Shown in pieces: positions 51,126 to 64,000 of a stretch of DNA of 64,000 nucleotides. Positions within the stretch are counted from its first letter, which is position 1. Each line of letters opens with the position of its first letter. The notes under the pieces were generated by a model. The model ran no database searches, had not been told where the DNA came from, and worked only from the letters and a program-made list of their open reading frames with translations. The DNA lies in NCBI GenBank assembly GCA_052327205.1, contig CM126225.1, forward strand, positions 11,904,001 through 11,968,000. The letters are read 5' to 3'. A program made the position numbers and the translations under genes. Origin of the DNA: Somniosus microcephalus. Taxonomy: Eukaryota.

Positions 51126-51881
51126 GCTGGACCGAGCCGGGGTAAAGCACCGATCTGAAAATTGGGAAACCGATCGGATCCGAGTTCAGCCCAGAAAACG
51201 GTTCTTGTTCACCGAATGAAACTCTGGAAGTGGAAATGCAGCCGCTTGTGATCCGGGAGCGACCGCCTGTGTTGCCGAGTGATGTGGGTGTGCGGCTCGA
51301 CACTGTGGGAGCTCTCACTGCCATGGTGCCGGCTTTAAAGTGGGGCATTACATTCGAAAAGTGAAATCGGGCCGCAGGAGTTTTGGCACAGCCGCTGGAG
51401 ACCAATGATTTGTGCGGTTTCTTTCTGGGGTAAGGAATGGAAAAGCTGGAGATTCCTGAACCAGCGAGTGGGAAATCTCCGACAGAAGATCCCAACCAGC
51501 GCCCGGTTCCAGCTCCGTGTTGTGTGGACTCGGATCACCGGGGCACTGAGCTGGTGTAGAGGGAGGCTCTGTATTGGGGGAGTGTGGACATTGCAGAGAC
51601 CCCGCCTCACAGCCCAGGGGCACCGCTTCATGCCGACTGACTCCGCTCGGATTCACCTGTCGGAGACTCTGCTTCTTAAGGTTGTCGTTTCCGGGTTATT
51701 TTCTGGAGTCATTTTCAGACATTGTTTTTAAAGAATATTTAATCCGTTTCGACTCTGAGTCCGAAGGGGATCCCGCTGCCTTTTCTTTCATCGTTTCTTT
51801 CTCGACCCTCTCCCGGGAAAGTGTCCGTGTCAGTTTCTCTGTGGAAATGAACCTTGTGTCAATTTCACCGAAAGCGAAAGT

Positions 51882-52783
51882 AGAGAATTACAAATATTCA
51901 CAACCATCTGAGTGAAGAAATCCCTCCTCATCTCAGTCTTAAATGGCTTACCCCTTATCCTGAGACTATGTCCCCTAGTGACAGACACTCCAGCCAGGGG
52001 AAACATCCTCTCAGCCTCTACCCTTTCAAACCCCTTCAAAATCTTGTAAGTTTCAATGAGATCACCACTGATTTTTCTAAACTACAGAGAGTATAGGCCA
52101 ATTGTAAACAATCTCTCATCATAGGACAGATCTCTAATCCAAGGAATCAATCTAGTGAACCTTCGTTGCACTGCCCGAAGGTAAGTGTATCCTTGCTTAG
52201 AATTGGACACCAAAACTGTGCACAGTACTCCAGGTGTGGTCTCACCAAGGCACTGTACATTTGTAGCAAGACTTCCTTACTCTTGTACACCAACCCCCTT
52301 GCAATAAAGGCCAACATGCCAATTGCTTGCTGTACCTGCATGCGAGCTTTCTGTGTTTCTTCCCCAAGGACACCCAAATCTCTCTGAACACCAACACTTG
52401 AAAGTTTCTCACCATTTAAAAAATATTCTGTTTTTCTATTCTTTATACCAAAGTGAATAACCTCACATTTCCGTACATTATACTCTGTCTGCCACCTTAC
52501 TTCCCACTCACTTAGTCTATCTATATCCCTTTGAAGATTCTTTGTGTTCTCCTCACAGCTTACTGTCCCACCTAGCTTTGTATCATCAGCAAACTTGGAT
52601 GCATTACACTTGGTCCCTTCATCTGGGTCATTAATATAGATTGTAAATAGCTGAGGCCCCAACACTGACACTTGCGGCACACCAATATTTACAGCCTGCC
52701 AACCTGAAAAAGATTTGTTTATCCCTACTCTCTGTTTTCTGTCCGTTAACCAATCCTCTATCCATGCTACTATATTACCCCAG
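51882..52783 (-). mobile_element. Chimeric CR1 LINE fragment (unit 6), extended toward the ORF2 C-terminus by a different CR1 sequence
   Basis: 52322-52783 matches the other units. 51882-52321 is a diverged CR1 (GMLAFIARGLVYKSKEVLLQMYSALVRPHLEYC...; TRGHSLRIRGKPFKTEMRRDFFTQMVVNICNSL). Confidence 0.9.
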
Positions 52784-55700
52784 CAGTTAGACAACATAAA
52801 GGGAAATAGCAAGGAATCTTATCAGCACATTAATCTACAATATATAATAATCTTACATTCGTGCACAAATCCTTCTGCATAACTTGACTTCCCGATTTCA
52901 CCTTTTTGTCACACATTTGTTGTAGCGCTTCCGTGTTGTAGGACTTCATGAGGAGGGCAAATTGGTCAATTTATCCCCATTTTTGCCTCCTTTGCCTCCG
53001 CTACCATCCCACTACCAAAACTGTGGCAGTTTTAAGAAGCATTTTTTTCTCGAGTTTCGGCTCAAACTCATTTGCAAATCGTCCAAAGCAGAACCTGCCA
53101 TGAACCAGCGCAATCGGGCAACGTTTGAAAATGTATTTTTTTTAAAACTGCCTTAAAACTATTCATTGATATGTTGAAGAGCGGTAACTGGGCGCAGTTT
53201 GATTAATACAGCTGAAAATGGGGTTATCACGATAAATAAACATTTTGAATCACAGTGTCAATCCAGCACCTGTGAGGAACATGGTTTTAAATAATTGAAA
53301 ATTACTTTTATATAATATACAGAAACATTCGTTCGTTATATAGGGGTACAGTAGTCAGCTCCTTATTAAATTAAAACAAAATTATATTGAAAAGTTTTTA
53401 ATATGTGCTGATTAGTGTCCTTGTGCCAAAAAGAATCAGTTCAATTTTTGGAGCCTCCTTGAAAGTCAGCAAACGAGTGCAATAAGCAGAAAATCCCGAT
53501 GGTGATTAATTCGACCTGGGGACCAGGCCAGTTTTGTGGGCGGGGCCAGCTACCACCGCGATGTTTTTTTAAGTGGCGCAAAAAATAGCAGCAACTCGAT
53601 TTGCGCTGGGCGTAATTTCCACTTAAAATTCCGTGACTTTTTCTGCAGGTTTCGTCGATTTAAGGTGAATTGCACTGAAAAAACCAGCACAACCGAGCGG
53701 CAACTCCAGTTTACTGTTGCCAATTATAAATTCCTATGTCGATATTTATTATGGGTCTTGTTTACGTGAACTTGACAGTCTGGTTGCAGAAACTAGCCAC
53801 GTAGTTCAAATGAAAAGAGGTAGGGATTGTGATGCGAGTAAGTGGGTGGGATAAAGAGGAATGAATAGTGGGAAGATGAAATAGTAGGGAATGCAAAGGG
53901 GGCAAATGTGGGGATAAACTGACCCATGTGCCCTCCCCGTGAAAGATCATGGGAAGATGGAATCATATTTTAGGCCACAAACCTTCCTTCCTGAGAGTGT
54001 ACTTGAGTTTGAATAAGTGGTAAAGATCCTTAATCTGTGACATGCCTCAGTTAGAAAGAGAGACTTGCATTTATATATCGCCTTTCACAACCACCGGACA
54101 TCCCGAAGTGTTTACAGCCAATGAAGTACTTTTAAAGTGTAGCCACTGGTGTACTGTAGGAAACTCGGCACACAAATTGCGCAGAGCAAGCTCCCACAAA
54201 CAGCAATGTGATAATGACCAGATAATCCGCTTTTGAGTGATGTTGATTGAGGGATAATTATTGGTCAGGACACCGGGGATAACTCCCGTGCGCTTCTTCG
54301 AAATAGCACCATGGGATCTTTTACATCCACCTGAGAAAGCAAATAGGCCCTTGGTTTAACATTTCATCAGAAAGACTGCACCTCTGACAGTGCAGCACTC
54401 CTTCATTCAGCCTGGATGTTGTGCTCGAGTCATTGGAGTGGGACTTGAACCACACAATCTCCTGACTCACAGGCAAGAGTGTTTACCACTGAGACACAGT
54501 TACTGAAGAAGGTGAAAATGGAAACTCAGGGGAATGTAGAATAAAACTATGGAGATAAATATACAGAAGCAAGGATGAAGGGAGTAACAAGGGAGCAAAG
54601 GGGAAGGGAGGATAAAAAAAAGAAAGTGCGACTGAATGTAGGAAGTAGAAAATTCACCAGGTCCAGTTCATATGCAGTGCAAGGAAGTGAGAAATAGGGT
54701 AAATGAGAGAAAGAAGAAACCATCACATTCCACTCAACTTTGAAAACAAGTATCATGGCAAAGGATTGAAGGGTGGGAAAAATTATAACCCTTTTAGTCT
54801 TACCTCAGCTGTGGGTAAACATATGGACTCCATAGTATGGGATGAAATTAGTGAACAGTTGGAAAAATATGGGCTCATTAGGGGCAGTCACCATGAATCT
54901 GTAAAGAACACATTGTGCTTGAATAATTCTACTGAATTTTTCAGGAAGCTCACATACATAGCTAAAGGAATGCAGTCAGTGTTAAGTATACAGCTTTTCA
55001 GAAGGTGCAGGATAAAATGCCATATAAGAGATTTTCAGTCCCACTCTCCACTCATTCCGCTCCCCTAGAATATCGAGCCAATTGGGTTCAAAATGAATTC
55101 ACAGTTTTGACAGGCGAGGAAATATCAGACAGTGGAGAATCGAGCGGTGAGGGTGTACCAGTCACAGGCAGCAGATAGAGGAATCCAGAGCATTTACAGT
55201 GAGTATGGAAAACTGACAGATGTAAATGAGAAATAAATATTACTCCAATAAAAATGTAATATTGCAAACAATTTATTTACACCAACATGTTCTCAATCAG
55301 TACAAAAAGTGTAGACAAACAATGTCTATTCCCCAAATCTTAGTAAATATCAATAAATTAACAGTGCTTTCTGAACTTATTTACACATTGCATAAAACTG
55401 TAACTTTTCATTACATGAAGACGTCACAATTATAAATATCAATACATTAGGAATACACGGGACGAGTTGGAGTGTTGGCCGCTGGGAGAGCAGAAATGTA
55501 AAGGTCAGTGCAGGTCAGGGATCAGGTCATGGGTCATTGTTCCGCAACCCTACCATTGAGAGCCAATCAGTGCCATGAAAGCTAGTGACAGAGCCGAGTA
55601 TTGGCCGGGCATTCCCAGTGCAGGGAGTTGTCACTGGAAGTTCAGCAACTGGAATAAGGAGCCTCATAAAGTTAATTAAATGGAAATAAAAGAGTTAATT

Positions 55701-56390
55701 TGGGAATGGGGTTTGGACCCACAACCTACTGACTTAGAGTATTACCTCTGAGCCAAGCTGACAACAGTGTAAAATTAGCAATACGTTACATTTACTTATA
55801 AAATATATATATTTTTAATTCGGGGTCTTTAAAATAGCTCATCGTTCGCAGTCTGTATTAAACATGTCATTGAGAAATCTTCTGTTCCTTCTCATTTTTG
55901 ACTTTACACGTTGTGAAAAATCTGCAACATTTTATTGTGTCAAGCAATAAACTTGACTCAATCCTGATGAGATGAGGAGGAAATGGTAGCGCCAGCCGGG
56001 TGGGGCAGCCCAGAGAGCTGACACTGGGAAAGCAGCGAGTGGAATAAGGTGTCCCACTGAGAGAACCTGAGATGAAACTTTTCATTGTCGCAGCTGCCAG
56101 TCCCTGAAGGAAGGGACAGAGGCAGGATTTTCCTCAGACTCGCCCCAGTCAAAGCTCTAACATTTCATCACAGGCAACTGTCACAGCAATAACTATCAAT
56201 AAATTAAAATAAATGATCAAACACGGATCAATATCAAAACATTCCTTGTTCTCCATCAGTCACCTTGCACCCAATCGCGATATTACAATACAATATAATA
56301 TATTAAAATATAATTTAAAAAAAAAAATGCGGTCTTTTAAATAAATATTCTTTGATCCCAGTCTGTACGAAATATGCCTTTGGAAAGTCT

Positions 56391-58519
56391 TCAGTTTTTT
56401 CTTCTTCTGATTTGTGCCGTTATGAAAAGGATCTGTTGTAATCGGGCCCTAGTTTCAGCGCGGATTATTTCCCAGGCGCAGTCACTGAATCTCTGAGAAA
56501 GAGAAATATTCAGGAAAATCCATTAGAAAATGAACAGGTTTGAATTGGGTAAACGAAAACGGTCAGTAATCTCAGTAAAATATCAATTTTCCCACCTTCT
56601 GTTTGAGAAACTTTCTCAGTTTCCTAAAGTATTTGTGAATTGAGGCGTTTCTCCTCGGCCTGGACTCTGAGCCTGGTTTCCTGACACATTCTTCCAGCTC
56701 CTCGAGCTGCCGATCCAGGAGAAGACGGAAGTTTTCCACCTTGTCCCGGGGCCATGTGACTGAGCCCAGGTTCATGCTGTAGATCTTGGTGAGGTGACGC
56801 AGTGTTTGATGGACAATCTGGATCCTGTCCTGGGTCTGTGCACAATACACACAAGGACGTTAGAGGGGACCTGTTCCTTTTTAGGTTTCGAGTAGTTATG
56901 GAAAAGGACAAGCATCAATCACAAGTGAATATAGTCAACTGGTGTATTGGAATCTAAGATTTGCAGGTGAAACAGTAAATTTGCAATGGAAAGCCTTCAA
57001 AGAGGAAATCGTTTGGTGCAGTCTAGACACATCCGCACCAGGGGGAAAGGAAGGGCATGCAAAGCTATCTCTCCCCGGATCACTGAAGATGGAGATTTCA
57101 ATGAAACAGCAAAAGGAGGCTTATGATAAACGTTAAGCTTATAATACAGTAGAGAACCAAGCTGAATGCAGAAGGTGCGAACTGAAAAAGGAAATGAGAC
57201 GCAAAGAGAATGTATGAGAATAGATTAGTGGGTGATATTAAAGGGCTCCCAAATGTGTTTTAGAAGCATTAAAAAATTGTGGCTTTCCAAAGGGAATTGG
57301 TTAAGTACCTGAAAAAAAATGGCATGGCTCCGGGGAAAGGGCGGGGAGTGGGACTGGCTGAAGTGCTCTTGCAGAGAGCCGGCACGGGCTCGACGGGCCG
57401 AATGGCCTCCTTATGTGCTGTAACCATTCTATGATTCTATGAAATAGTAAAAGGATATTCAAAGGATGGGTGGGATCATCTAGGAACCAGAATGGAAGAT
57501 TAGAGGGGCTTCAATGAATAGAGGGTGCGAGATGATTAGAGGGAGTTAGATAGTTAAAGGGAGTGAGATAATAGGTGAGATAGAGAGAGAGAGCTAGTTA
57601 GAGAGAGTGAGCTAGTTACAGAGAGTGAGCTAGTTAGAGAGAGTGAGCTAGTTAGAGAGTGAGCTAGTTACAGAGAGTGAGCTAGTTGGAGAGAGTGAGC
57701 TAGTTACAGAGAGTGAGCTAGTTAGAGAGAGTGAGCTAGTTAGAGAGTGAGCTAGTTACAGAGAGTGAGCTAGTTACAGAGAGTGAGCTAGTTGGAGAGA
57801 GTGAGCTAGTTACAGAGAGTGAGCTAGTTAGAGAGAGTGAGCTAGTTAGAGAGTGAGCTAGTTACAGAGAGTGAGCTAGTTAGAGAGAGTGAGCTAGTTA
57901 GAGAGTGAGCTAGTTAGAGAGAGTGAGCTAGTTAGAGAGAGTGAGCTAGTTAGAGAGAGTGACATGGAGTGAGTGAATGGCTCTTCTGGCACTTTCACCT
58001 CAATGGGCGGCTAACACTGGATTTAAATTTCCTGATTAAAATTCTGATCCGTGTGTTTATCTTACTCATGCTTTCTATAAAACTTTTGCTTGAATAAAGT
58101 GAAATAAAATAGAGTTCACTCACCTGTAATCCCTCTGAAAGTTTCACCAGATTCAAGGACTTGGTTTTCAGCGAGAGCCTCTCTCTTACACACTGTCGGG
58201 GAAAGGGGCCGCCCTGAGAGGAGAAGGCAATCAGTGTTACAATCAGTTCCCTTGAAATACTGGAGAATCGCTGCCTATTAATTGCGTAAAATTACAAACA
58301 CATCAAACATTTTCTCCTGATATAACTTTCCACAACAAGCACAGAGTATATGGTTCGGATCCGGCTCTGAATGCAGGTTAAACTCACCATTTCATTCAGT
58401 TTGCTCAGAGTCTCTGTGTTGAGAACTTGCTGTAACTGCAGCTTCTCACAGCCCAGACTCAGGGTCCCGGGCAACAAGACCAACACAATCCAACATCTCC
58501 AAACACTCGCCAAAGCCAT
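56391..58519 (-). CDS. IFN: Type I interferon, 4 exons, 187 aa (copy 6; consensus)
   Basis: Exons 58519-58388, 58213-58124, 56835-56596, 56492-56391. Intact. Confidence 0.93.
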
Positions 58520-59703
58520 GCTGGACCGAGCCAAGGCAAAGCACCGATCTGAAGGATAAGAAACCGAGCGGATTCGAGTTCAGCTCAGAAAACGGTTCTT
58601 GTTCACTGAATGAAACTCTGGAAGTCGAAATGCAGCCGCTTGTGATCCCGGAGCGACCAGTTGTGTTGTCGAGTGTGGGTGTGCGGCTGGACACTGTGGG
58701 AGCTGTCACTTTAGGAGGAGGGACTGGCGATGTGGGCCATTACAATCCAAAAGTGAAATCGGGCTGCAGGAGTGTTGGAAGAGCTGCAGGAGAGCAATAG
58801 TTTGTGCGGTTCCTTTCTGAGGTAAGGAATTCAAAAGCTGGAGATTCCTGAACCAGCGACTGGAAAATCCCCGAGAGAAGGTCCTAACCATAGATTCATT
58901 GAAACAGAGAATGGTTACAGCGCAGAAACAGGCCACTCGGCCCGTCGAGCCCGCGTCAGCTCAATGTCCCGTACATTTGTATCAATACTATCAATATGGA
59001 TTTTGAAAATCTTTATTGGTTTCTCCAACATGTATGGACTCGCATCACGGGGGCACTAAGGGGGCAGACGGGTAGATTGATTGATGGTGGACTCTAATAC
59101 CCCTTTCCCCTCTCAGCTCACATTCCCCCACTTTCCTCGGTGTCTCCTTGTCCTTCTTCCCTCAGTTTCTGATCCCCACCCTTCAGTTTATAATTTCCCC
59201 TCTCCACAGTGTCTGGTTCGCATTCTCCCCTCACACACTATTCGCGGATTCAGAGTCTGATCCCACCTCCCACCAGGGTCTGGTTCCCTCTCTCCCCTCA
59301 GTAGCTCATATGTTCTCCGCTCGCTGTTTGATTTCTGTCTACCCTCAAGATCTGATTCCGCACTTCCCTCACCATCACATTCTGCCTTTTCCCACAGTAT
59401 TGCTTCCCCTCTGCCCTCAGACTCTCATTTCCCCTTTAATATCAGGGCACATCTCTCCTCAGGGGCTGATACCCCTCTCCCCTGTACCTGATTCCCCCTC
59501 TCTCCACAAGGTCTCATCTCCCCCTCCACTCAAAGTCTGATTCCCCCTCCACTCAAAGTCTGATTCCTCGACCCCTCACTCGTCGATATCTGGTTCCCTC
59601 TCTTTCCTCAGTTTCCAGGGTCTTGTTCTCATTCTCTCTCAGTCCTGATTCTCTCCTCAATATTAGAGCACCCCTTCTCCAAGGTGTCTGGTTTCAATTC
59701 TTC

Positions 59704-60196
59704 CCCAGGGTCTGATCCCACATCCCCCCAGGGACAGACCCCACCTGCCCCCAGGGTCTGACCCCACCAACCCCAGGGTTTGATCTCACCTCCCCCCAGG
59801 GTCTGATCCCACCTCCCCAGGGTCTAATCCCACCTCCCCAGGGCCTGATCCCACCTCCCCCAGGGTCTGATCCCACCAACCCCAGGGTCTGATCCCACCT
59901 CCCCAGGGCCTGATCCCACCTCCCCTCAGGGTCTGATCCCACCAACCCCAGGGTCTGATCCCACCTCCCCCAAGGTCTGACCCCACATCCCCCCAGGGTC
60001 TGACCCCACATTCCCACAGGGTCTGACCCCACATCCCTCCAGGGTCTGATCCCACCTCCCCCCAGGGTCTGATCCCACCTGCCCCCAGGGTCTGATCCCA
60101 CCTTCCCCCAGGGACAGACCCCACCTCCCCCAGGGTCTGATCCCACCTCCCCCAGGGTCTGATCCCACCTCCCCCAGGGTCTGTGTCACCTCCCCT
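59704..60196. repeat. C-rich minisatellite, short allele
   Basis: Tandem repeat visible. Confidence 0.95.
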
Positions 60197-60892
60197 CAAT
60201 TTCATATTATCCTTCTCCCCAGTTTTTCATTTCCTCTCCCCCTCAGTGTCTGAATTCCCCTCTTCACTCAGTTTTATGATTCCTCTTGCCCCTCCGTGTC
60301 TCATTCCCCATCCCCTCAGTATCTGATTCCAGTTCGTCCTCAAATTTGATTCCCCCTCGCCTTAGGGTCTGAATCCCTCTCTCCCTGAGGCTTTGATTCC
60401 TTTCTCTCCCTCGGAGTCTGATACCCGCTCGCCTCAGTATAAGATTACCCCTTTCTTCAGTCTCTCATTTCCTTTCTCCGCTTAGAGCCAGATTCTCCTC
60501 TCGCTCAGAATAGTTTCTTTCGCCACGCACTGCCTGATCCCAGCTCTCCCCTCAGCATCAGATTCTTCTTCTCCCCTCAGTATTGATTTCCCACTCTAGT
60601 CAGCCCCTGATTCCGCCTATCCCCTGTACCTGATTCTCTCTGTCCCATCAGGGATGAATTACCCCTCTAGGGTTCAGAGAACTTTTGCTGTTACACAGTC
60701 TCAGGGAATGATACCAAGAGTTACAGAAGAGAGTCACGCTAACAATTAATACCGTCAAATCAATACTGATCGACCAGTGACTATTAATTGCACAAGTAAT
60801 ATACAACTTCAAACTATTTCTCCAGACATGAGTTATCACAACAAACAGACCATGCGCATTTCGAACCGACTCGGGATGCAGGTTAAACTCAC

Positions 60893-61024
60893 CATTTCAT
60901 TCAGTTTGCTGAGAGTCTCTGTGTTGAGAGCTTGCTGTAACTGCAGCCTCTCACAGCCCAGACTCAGGGTCCCGGGCAACAAGACCAAAACAATCCAACA
61001 TCTCCAAACACTCGCCAAAGCCAT
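60893..61024 (-). pseudogene. Orphan IFN exon 1B (upstream of gene copy 6)
   Basis: Repeat-unit copy of 1477-1608. Confidence 0.8.
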
Positions 61025-61946
61025 GCTGGACCGAGCCGGGGTAAAGCACCGATCTGAAAATTGGGAAACCGATCGGATCCGATTTCAGCCCAGAAAACGG
61101 TTCTTGTTCACCGAATGAAACTCTGGAAGTGGAAATGCAGCCGCTTGTGATCCGGGAGCGACCGCCTGTGTTGCCGAGTGATGTGGGTGTGCGGCTCGAC
61201 ACTGTGGGAGCTCTCACTGCCATGGTGCCGGCTTTAAAGTGGGGCATTACATTCGAAAAGTGAAATCGGGCCGCAGGAGTTTTGGCACAGCCGCTGGAGA
61301 CCAATGATTTGTGCGGTTTCTTTCTGGGGTAAGGAATGGAAAAGCTGGAGATTCCTGAACCAGCGAGTGGGAAATCTCCGACAGAAGATCCCAACCAGCG
61401 CCCGGTTCCAGCTCCGTGTTGTGTGGACTCGGATCACCGGGGCACTGAGCTGGTGTAGAGGGAGGCTCTGTATTGGGGGAGTGTGGACATTGCAGAGACC
61501 CCGCCTCACAGCCCAGGGGCACCGCTTCATGCCGACTGACTCCGCTCGGATTCACCTGTCGGAGACTCTGCTTCTTAAGGTTGTCGTTTCCGGGTTATTT
61601 TCTGGAGTCATTTTCAGACATTGTTTTTAAAGAATATTTAATCCGTTTCGACTCTGAGTCCGAAGGGGATCCCGCTGCCTTTTCTTTCATCGTTTCTTTC
61701 TCGACCCTCTCCCGGGAAAGTGTCCGTGTCAGTTTCTCTGTGGAAATGAACCTTGTGTCAATTTCACCGAAAGCGAAAGTGTCTCAGGGAAAGTGACGAG
61801 TTTTGTCATTTCCGAAAGTGCGGAGTGATTGTAAACAGAACGGGTCAGACTGAGAGGGCTGAGGGGGAGCTGGGAAAAGGTTTGGGATCTCCGGGATAGC
61901 CCCGGTTACACAGGGAATGTCGCAAAATCACTCTCAGCTGCAACTG

Positions 61947-62682
61947 ATCACCTCTCATTTTTCTAAACTCCAGAGAGTATAGGCCCATTCTACACAATCT
62001 CTCATCATAGGACAACCCTCTCATCCCAGGAATCAATCTAGTGAACCTTCATTGCACCGCCTCCAAGGCAAGTATATCCTTCCTTAGATAAGGAGACCAA
62101 AACTGTGCCCAGTACTCCAGGTGTGGTCTCACCAAGGCCCTGTACAATTGTAGCAAGACTTCCTTACTCTTATACTCTGACCCCCTTACAATAAAGGCCA
62201 ACATGCCATTTCCCTTCCTTATTGCTTGCTGTACCTGCATGCGAGCTTTCTGTGTTTCTTCCCCAAGGACACCCAAATCTCTCTGAACACCAACACTTGA
62301 AAGTTTCTCACCATTTAAAAAATATTCTGTTTTTCTATTCTTTATACCAAAGTGAATAACCTCACATTTCCGTACATTATACTCTGTCTGCCACCTTACT
62401 TCCCACTCACTTAGTCTATCTATATCCCTTTGAAGATTCTTTGTGTTCTCCTCACAGCTTACTGTCCCACCTAGCTTTGTATCATCAGCAAACTTGGATG
62501 CATTACACTTGGTCCCTTCATCTGGGTCATTAATATAGATTGTAAATAGCTGAGGCCCCAACACTGACACTTGCGGCACACCAATATTTACAGCCTGCCA
62601 ACCTGAAAAAGATTTGTTTATCCCTACTCTCTGTTTTCTGTCCGTTAACCAATCCTCTATCCATGCTACTATATTACCCCAG
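61947..62682 (-). mobile_element. CR1 LINE RT fragment (unit 7 copy)
   Basis: ORF 62049-62711. Confidence 0.92.
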
Positions 62683-64000
62683 CAGTTAGACAACATAAAG
62701 GGAAATAGCAAGGAATCTTATCAGCACATTAATCTACAATATATAATAATCTTACATTCGTGCACAAATCCTTCTGCATAACTTGACTTCCCGATTTCAC
62801 CTTTTTGTCACACATTTGTTGTAGCGCTTCCGTGTTGTAGGACTTCATGAGGAGGGCAAATTGGTCAATTTATCCCCATTTTTGCCTCCTTTGCCTCCGC
62901 TACCATCCCACTACCAAAACTGTGGCAGTTTTAAGAAGCATTTTTTTCTCGAGTTTCGGCTCAAACTCATTTGCAAATCGTCCAAAGCAGAACCTGCCAT
63001 GAACCAACGCAATCGGGCAACGTTTGAAAATGTATTTTTTTTAAAACTGCCTTAAAACTATTCATTGATATGTTGAAGAGCGGTAACTGGGCGCAGTTTG
63101 ATTAATACAGCTGAAAATGGGGTTATCACGATAAATAAACATTTTGAATCACAGTGTCAATCCAGCACCTGTGAGGAACATGGTTTTAAATAATTGAAAA
63201 TTACTTTTATATAATATACAGAAACATTCGTTCGTTATATAGGGGTACAGTAGTCAGCTCCTTATTAAATTAAAACAAAATTATATTGAAAAGTTTTTAA
63301 TATGTGCTGATTAGTGTCCTTGTGCCAAAAAGAATCAGTTCAATTTTTGGAGCCTCCTTGAAAGTCAGCAAACGAGTGCAATAAGCAGAAAATCCCGATG
63401 GTGATTAATTCGACCTGGGGACCAGGCCAGTTTTGTGGGCGGGGCCAGCTACCACCGCGATGTTTTTTTAAGTGGCGCAAAAAATAGCAGCAACTCGATT
63501 TGCGCTGGGCGTAATTTCCACTTAAAATTCCGTGACTTTTTCTGCAGGTTTCGTCGATTTAAGGTGAATTGCACTGAAAAAACCAGCACAACCGAGCGGC
63601 AACTCCAGTTTACTGTTGCCAATTATAAATTCCTATGTCGATATTTATTATGGGTCTTGTTTACGTGAACTTGACAGTCTGGTTGCAGAAACTAGCCACG
63701 TAGTTCAAATGAAAAGAGGTAGGGATTGTGATGCGAGTAAGTGGGTGGGACAAAGAGGAATGAATAGTGGGAAGATGAAATAGTAGGGAATGCAAAGGGG
63801 GCAAATGTGGGGATAAACTGACCCATGTGCCCTCCCCGTGAAAGATCATGGGAAGATGGAATCATATTTTAGGCCACAAACCTTCCTTCCTGAGAGTGTA
63901 CTTGAGTTTGAATAAGTGGTAAAGATCCTTAATCTGTGACATGCCTCAGTTAGAAAGAGAGACTTGCATTTATATATCGCCTTTCACAACCACCGGACAT

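Larger units (their letters stand above)
1..64000. repeat. Tandem segmental array of a ~9.9 kb unit (6 full copies + 1 partial), each carrying a type I IFN gene
   Basis: The opening sequence aggggctgatacccctctcc recurs at 9943, 19823, 29766, 39664, 49562 and 59461. Unit lengths are 9942, 9880, 9943, 9898, 9898 and 9899, and the ORF track repeats with the same offsets. Confidence 0.98.

Overview
Vertebrate genomic DNA, most likely from a cartilaginous fish (inferred from CR1 LINE fragments with an (ATTCTATG)n tail and a Deu-domain-like tRNA SINE). The whole window is a head-to-tail tandem array of a ~9.9 kb unit: 6 complete units starting at 1, 9943, 19823, 29766, 39664 and 49562, plus a partial one from 59461. 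The units are almost identical. Each unit carries one intact minus-strand, intron-containing type I interferon gene: 4 coding exons of 132/90/240/102 nt, all phase-0 GT-AG introns, 187 aa, signal peptide, 4 cysteines, CAWE motif. About 2.4 kb upstream of each gene, on the same strand, is a second 'orphan' IFN promoter plus exon 1. It is ~97% identical in coding sequence and has an intact GTGAGT donor and extra IRF-type sites, but its own exon 2 is decayed. It could act as an alternative first exon for the downstream gene. A decayed copy of the terminal exon/3' UTR lies just downstream of each gene. Each unit also contains CR1 fragments, a SINE and two minisatellites. Unit 6 has a unique 440-bp, length-preserving replacement by a different CR1 sequence that removes part of the IRF-site cluster. 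All alignments were done by eye; no database searches were run.
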